Assembly: GCA_964106645.2 (NCBI GenBank)
Contig: OZ067044.1
Direction: 5' to 3' (one strand)
From: Podarcis pityusensis
Taxonomy: Eukaryota
Length of the DNA: 64,000 nucleotides
Numbering within the stretch: the stretch's first letter is position 1; each line of letters begins with the position of its first letter. Made by a program: the position numbers and the translations under genes. Below, one piece after another: positions 63,179 through 64,000 of this stretch. The notes under the pieces were generated by a model. It ran no database searches. It saw nothing but the letters and a program-made list of their open reading frames with translations, and had not been told where the DNA came from.

Positions 63179-64000
63179 TGATTGTTGATGAGAAGATCCA
63201 TGTAGAAGGCCACCTGATTACGTGGAACAGGACCACATCAGCTATCACCTCAGAAGCAAACAAGAAGCCATTTACAATGCCGCAGCCCTTGAGTGAGCCC
63301 CTTTTTGTGGAAGCAATTTTCCGTGGCAATTTTGCCACATAGGAAGCAAAGACCCCTTTGTGGGGTTTGAGCGCTCCTCTTTAGAATCCACTTCCAGTTC
63401 CTTAGAATTACGCCACACCAATTCACCGAAAGTCCACACTGCTTTTCTTTTGTCAGCAACCAATCAGCAGAACTGGAATAACGGCATTTGCTTTGCCTGC
63501 CTTGTCTAATCACTGTGACACGTACTTCAGTGCTCCGATGCCTGAACATGAATGAACCACAAAGGCCAGCCAGTGGCCTTTAAAGCTTCTCCTTGTACTA
63601 ATGAGCAACGCAAGACACTTCCTGCTAAACAGAACTCCCAGTCCCTGCTGTCCTGAGAACAGGAAATCAAGCCCAAAGCTCAGTTCCTTGACATAACAGT
63701 AAGAGCAGCTCCTTCTATTTCAGTCCAGCTCTACATTTTTCCAGTAGTCCATATTTTAGGGGCCTCCACTGATACTGTTCTCACTCTGGTTTACTGTAAA
63801 ATGGTTTCTCTTAAAGTATACACATTACAGTGGCAATGTTTATGTCTCCTGCAAGGGATCTATTCAAATCAGGATCAGCACAAGAGCTTGGATAACATGA
63901 GGCAGGTGAACCACCCTACTTCCTCCTTCTCCTCCCCCAACTGCCACCTCCTTCTCCTCCTTCCTTAATGCCTTTGTTTCGCTGCTCTTGCTTGAAGAGT

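Overview
Eukaryotic, non-coding, transposon-rich DNA from a squamate reptile, most likely a lacertid lizard. The basis is several Sauria-type SINE copies that match my recollection of the Podarcis/Lacerta consensus. I recognise no host protein-coding exon; the window looks like a large intron or gene desert. All convincing ORFs belong to retroelements: a 2.6-kb CR1 ORF2 copy (54781-57364) and a near-identical inverted 3' copy (12843-13631), a Rex1/Babar RT, an L1 3' end with a 13-bp TSD, and RTE and L2 fragments. Also present are six Sauria SINE pieces, a tRNA-Ile/CR1-tail SINE, five TG..CA solo LTRs (four with clear 5-bp TSDs), a 750-bp LTR-like insert without TG..CA ends (possibly Ngaro/YR type), and many hAT, Tc1/mariner and Harbinger-like MITEs. 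There are two multi-level nested insertions, microsatellites and several unique stretches that may be regulatory. I found no clearly new biological system. The best leads are the mini-LTR with a duplicated Oct/CRE/CCAAT module, the non-canonical LTR-like insert and a CpG-unsuppressed orphan segment near 14.6 kb.
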